Origin: a virus
Length of the DNA stretch: 17,304 nt
Strand: one strand, 5' to 3'
UHGV virus genome: UHGV-0160239
Shown: piece by piece, positions 15,044 to 17,304 of the stretch
How positions within the stretch are numbered: the stretch's first letter is position 1
How the letters are laid out: each line of letters opens with the position of its first letter
Notes under the pieces: model-generated
The model's input: only the letters and a program-made list of their open reading frames with translations
What the model was told of the DNA's origin: nothing
Databases searched by the model: none
Program-made: the position numbers and the translations under genes

Positions 15044-16073
15044 TGAAATCGTCCTCCGGTTTGATCTTAATGTTCTTCAAATCTTTAAGCAAAGACTTGA
15101 TACTAGAATCGGCTTCTTCGACGTCGTCGTACCACAAATCTTGCCCAGCGCGTTTTCTGTCGTAATAACCTTCTTTCGCTGCCTCATACATGAGGGACAA
15201 TTGGTTGGCGAAATCGCCATTTACAGTCCACATTAGCCAAAGCACATCATCGGGAATCTCTGTAAGAATGTCATACAATTCAGGGTCCCCAATAACATCA
15301 AGCATTGCCGCGATCTGTTTCTTGGCATTAGTGAGTTTTTCCTGTTTTGCTTTCTTAGTGAGACTGTCTAAAACAGCATTAGTCTTTTCGCGCATCGCCA
15401 TAGCGGACTCGAAATTAGATGGACGCTTATCAGGGTTCATGCGCTCAAGGGCATAATGAGAACCACCTGCAAGATATGTCTTCTTCGGCCGAAAATCCCT
15501 AATCCAATCCCCAACACTAACGTCTCCCATGTAGGGGAGTTTGGTTCCAGCCACCGATTTCTCGTAAGCGTCTATATCTGCATTATAGCGTCTAACAGCA
15601 TCGCGGTAACGACGAACGTCTTTAGCAGAAATGGGATCACCTTTGCGGTCACGATAATACCAAACACTATCAGAATTATTAAACTCGCTAAGACGCTCAA
15701 GTTCTCTAGCCGCATTCTTCAACGTCACCTTTCCAATAGCCGACTTGCCCAAAGGGTCATACTTCGTTCCGCGAATGTCTGCCCCATCATCGCTAGTAGC
15801 CATCTTATACATCTTACGAATAGCACGATCGCGCTCGCCTTGAAGCAATTCACGCGCCCTATCCAAATCAGAGCGATGCTGTTCCCGGGCAGTAGTCTTA
15901 GCCGACTTAACCTTAACCTTCCCCTGTTCCTCAGACAGGGTATCCGGCAAGGGATTAAAATCAAGACCGCTAACAAAAGACCTAATCGAATCAGCCGTAT
16001 TACGAACATGATTCGCGCCACGCTTAAACGACCGAAAATGCTTACCCCAATGAGACCTAACCAAACCAATCAC
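14997..16073 (-). CDS. Probable terminal protein (primer for replication)
   Basis: It lies immediately upstream of and overlaps the protein-primed polymerase gene, as phi29 gene 3 does. Basic helical N-half and acidic C-terminal region. The start may be TTG at 16064. Assigned by synteny. Confidence 0.65.
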   Translation of the reverse strand: MIGLVRSHWGKHFRSFKRGANHVRNTADSIRSFVSGLDFNPLPDTLSEEQGKVKVKSAKTTAREQHRSDLDRARELLQGERDRAIRKMYKMATSDDGADIRGTKYDPLGKSAIGKVTLKNAARELERLSEFNNSDSVWYYRDRKGDPISAKDVRRYRDAVRRYNADIDAYEKSVAGTKLPYMGDVSVGDWIRDFRPKKTYLAGGSHYALERMNPDKRPSNFESAMAMREKTNAVLDSLTKKAKQEKLTNAKKQIAAMLDVIGDPELYDILTEIPDDVLWLMWTVNGDFANQLSLMYEAAKEGYYDRKRAGQDLWYDDVEEADSSIKSLLKDLKNIKIKPEDDFSGSPINKRKSRKGRR

Positions 16074-16098
16074 CCCCTGCCCCCTAAGGGGCAGGGGG
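16073..16098 (-). promoter_or_regulatory. GC-rich 11-bp hairpin between the SSB and terminal protein genes, overlapping the latter's translation start region
   Basis: On the - strand: ccccctgcccc-ttag-ggggcaggggg, followed directly by tgattggtttggtt. Confidence 0.6.
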
Positions 16099-16121
16099 CA
16101 ACTAGTATCCTATCGCGTCAC

Positions 16122-16487
16122 TCAGGCCAGCGTCACCGTCGTGTACTCACGACCACGCCCAGACTTCGCAGTCCCAATCTCAACAGCCACCGGCTCGGGC
16201 CACGACTTAACCTCACCCAGAATATCCACAAGCCGCTGAATCTGAGAAACCACCGTCTGAGACGAAGTGCCGTAAGCCTTTCCATCCTTATCAATTACCG
16301 TGATAGCCCGGCGAGTCTCAACCTCGCCAGTGTCCGTGTCAATCACGTCATCCTCAGTGATCACAACATCATTGATCTCAATCGTCTTGCCGCGCAGTTC
16401 CTTGAAAGAAGCAGCAGAGTTCTGTGCAGTGAAAAAAGCCTTCTTGCCGGCAAAGTCGTCAGAGAGTGAGGAGTAAACAACAGCCAT
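16122..16487 (-). CDS. Single-stranded DNA-binding protein (phi29 gp5-like, 121 aa)
   Basis: Start MAVVYS with AAAGGA RBS. The IEINDVVI...DTDTGEV...VIDKDGKAYGTSS...KSGRGREY pattern, size and position are typical of picovirus SSBs. Confidence 0.75.
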   Translation of the reverse strand: MAVVYSSLSDDFAGKKAFFTAQNSAASFKELRGKTIEINDVVITEDDVIDTDTGEVETRRAITVIDKDGKAYGTSSQTVVSQIQRLVDILGEVKSWPEPVAVEIGTAKSGRGREYTTVTLA

Positions 16488-16555
16488 GATCGTTTCCTTT
16501 CGCATATGGCTCGATTTCATTTCAGAGTTCTGGTATTACCCGTCCAGCCGGGAAT

Positions 16556-16834
16556 CTAAAACAGTGGTTCCGCGTTAATGTCTTCAGGTACAAGAATAAA
16601 ATTATCTTGCGTTAGTGCGGTGCACACAATTTCCTGAGTTGTAGTTTGAGGGTCGTAAGTCAAGTTATGTTCAGGGACTGATAATGTGTGACTTGACGTT
16701 ATTGTCTTTGATCTATTAATCCTCACATTATACGGTGTTCCCAGAATCTTGAATAATCTAACGTTGGGGCTGTTAGTCACATATCGCTTAACCAAAAACC
16801 GCTTCGATGTTAAACAATTAAAATATGCTCTCAC
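16556..16834 (-). CDS. Hypothetical early protein (about 92 aa)
   Basis: ORF 16556..16873 in the track. GTG at 16834 overlaps the upstream stop (GTGA) and is the likely start. Confidence 0.6.
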   Translation of the reverse strand: MRAYFNCLTSKRFLVKRYVTNSPNVRLFKILGTPYNVRINRSKTITSSHTLSVPEHNLTYDPQTTTQEIVCTALTQDNFILVPEDINAEPLF

Positions 16835-17088
16835 ATAAAAATCATGATCAATGTGAGAATCCCAGCCATCCACAGCAATCCACTTCCAATCTTAGGAGCC
16901 GCCTTAGCCGCAATCATACCCCCAGCGACACCGACAGCAATCCCGCCCGCACTAAGGCGGTCGCCATGACCGCGCACGTCACCACAAGCACAAACTTGAT
17001 CATCGCCAACAGAATTGTATCGTTCATTCTCTTCCCATCCCATTTCCTTGTCAATCCAGATAAGTTCCCCGTTAACATTTTCCCACAT
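16831..17088 (-). CDS. Hypothetical protein with hydrophobic C-terminus (up to 85 aa)
   Basis: ATG at 17088 preceded by GAGGA and a C-terminal TM-like GLLWMAGILTLIMIFM. An internal ATG at 16917 may give a separate 28-aa peptide. Confidence 0.55.
   Translation of the reverse strand: MWENVNGELIWIDKEMGWEENERYNSVGDDQVCACGDVRGHGDRLSAGGIAVGVAGGMIAAKAAPKIGSGLLWMAGILTLIMIFM
16914..17027 (-). CDS. Nested 37-aa hydrophobic peptide (MNDTILLAMIKFVLVVTCAVMATALVRAGLLSVSLGV), not in ORF track
   Basis: ATG preceded by purine-rich GGGAAGAG, almost wholly hydrophobic, and its stop overlaps ATG 16917 (ATGA). Confidence 0.55.
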   Translation of the reverse strand: MNDTILLAMIKFVLVVTCAVMATALVRAGLLSVSLGV

Positions 17089-17218
17089 TATCCTCATCCT
17101 CCATCATGTCGAACACCTGAGTAAGCGTAGTGCCCTGTGAGAAATAGTAAGTCTTCGTGTCCGTCTCAATCCAATGGCCTCCATATTGCTCGTCGGGTCG
17201 AATCGTGATTTCCTTCAT
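17072..17218 (-). CDS. Hypothetical early protein (48 aa), first gene from the right end
   Basis: ATG at 17218 follows the ITR-encoded GAAGGA RBS, mirroring the left-end gene. Confidence 0.7.
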   Translation of the reverse strand: MKEITIRPDEQYGGHWIETDTKTYYFSQGTTLTQVFDMMEDEDNVGKC

Positions 17219-17220
17219 TC

Positions 17221-17304
17221 TCAATTCCTTCCATTCCCAGCGGGTCCGCCCCGCTCCGTTCATGTATTAATAATGCACCAACATTCTTCGACAGTCAAGT
17301 TATC
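17221..17304 (-). repeat. Right inverted terminal repeat
   Basis: The reverse complement reads gataacttgactgtcgaagaatgttggtgcattattaatacatgaacggagcggggcggacccgctgggaatggaaggaattga, matching 1-84. Confidence 0.97.
17270..17298 (-). promoter_or_regulatory. Putative early promoter in the right ITR (mirror copy)
   Basis: The same TTGACT-17-CATTAT on the - strand, upstream of RBS GAAGGA and ATG at 17218. Confidence 0.7.

Larger units (their letters stand above)
1..17304. mobile_element. Complete or near-complete linear phi29-like (protein-primed) bacteriophage genome, resembling Actinomyces phage Av-1
   Basis: Both window ends are inverted repeats of each other. The window encodes a protein-primed PolB, a gp16-type ATPase, connector, collar, tail knob, capsid and a lysis cassette in picovirus-like order. 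No integrase or host genes are seen. The host is an inference. Confidence 0.95.

Noticed and set aside
15456..16469. 337-aa + strand ORF antisense to the terminal protein and SSB genes
   Set aside because: It crosses two genes and a hairpin on the opposite strand and has shadow-like composition with no RBS. Its length is mildly notable but there is no positive evidence.
1..17304. Alternative identities (transposon with terminal inverted repeats, tectivirus, pipolin, linear plasmid) and a search for CRISPR arrays, tRNAs, integrase or reverse transcriptase
   Set aside because: The portal, collar, tail knob, HK97-type capsid and gp16 ATPase define a tailed phi29-like phage. No transposase, integrase, RT motif, repeat-spacer array or tRNA cloverleaf was seen by eye.

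Overview
The window appears to be a complete or near-complete linear genome of a small phi29-like podophage that replicates by protein priming. It is bounded by inverted terminal repeats of about 84 bp (55 bp perfect), each carrying an inward-facing promoter and RBS. A short + strand early operon of about seven tightly coupled small ORFs (86-1538) converges, at a bidirectional terminator, on one long - strand unit. Reading from the right end, that unit holds small early and membrane ORFs, SSB, a probable terminal protein, a protein-primed family B DNA polymerase, an unannotated 55-aa ribbon-helix-helix-like protein, a structured non-coding gap (pRNA candidate), a scaffold-like protein, major capsid, tail knob, portal, lower collar, an SGNH-type tail appendage, an NlpC/P60 tail lysin, the packaging ATPase, two holin-like proteins and a CHAP endolysin. 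Size and gene order recall Actinomyces phage Av-1, so an actinobacterial host is inferred but not shown. The most notable unexplained signals are three identically spaced hairpin plus TTAGGAGGA-NNT-ATG modules, the structured RNA candidate at 13035-13160, a possible pseudoknot in the SSB leader, an overprinted membrane peptide near the right end, and termini without the nucleotide reiteration usual for sliding-back initiation.
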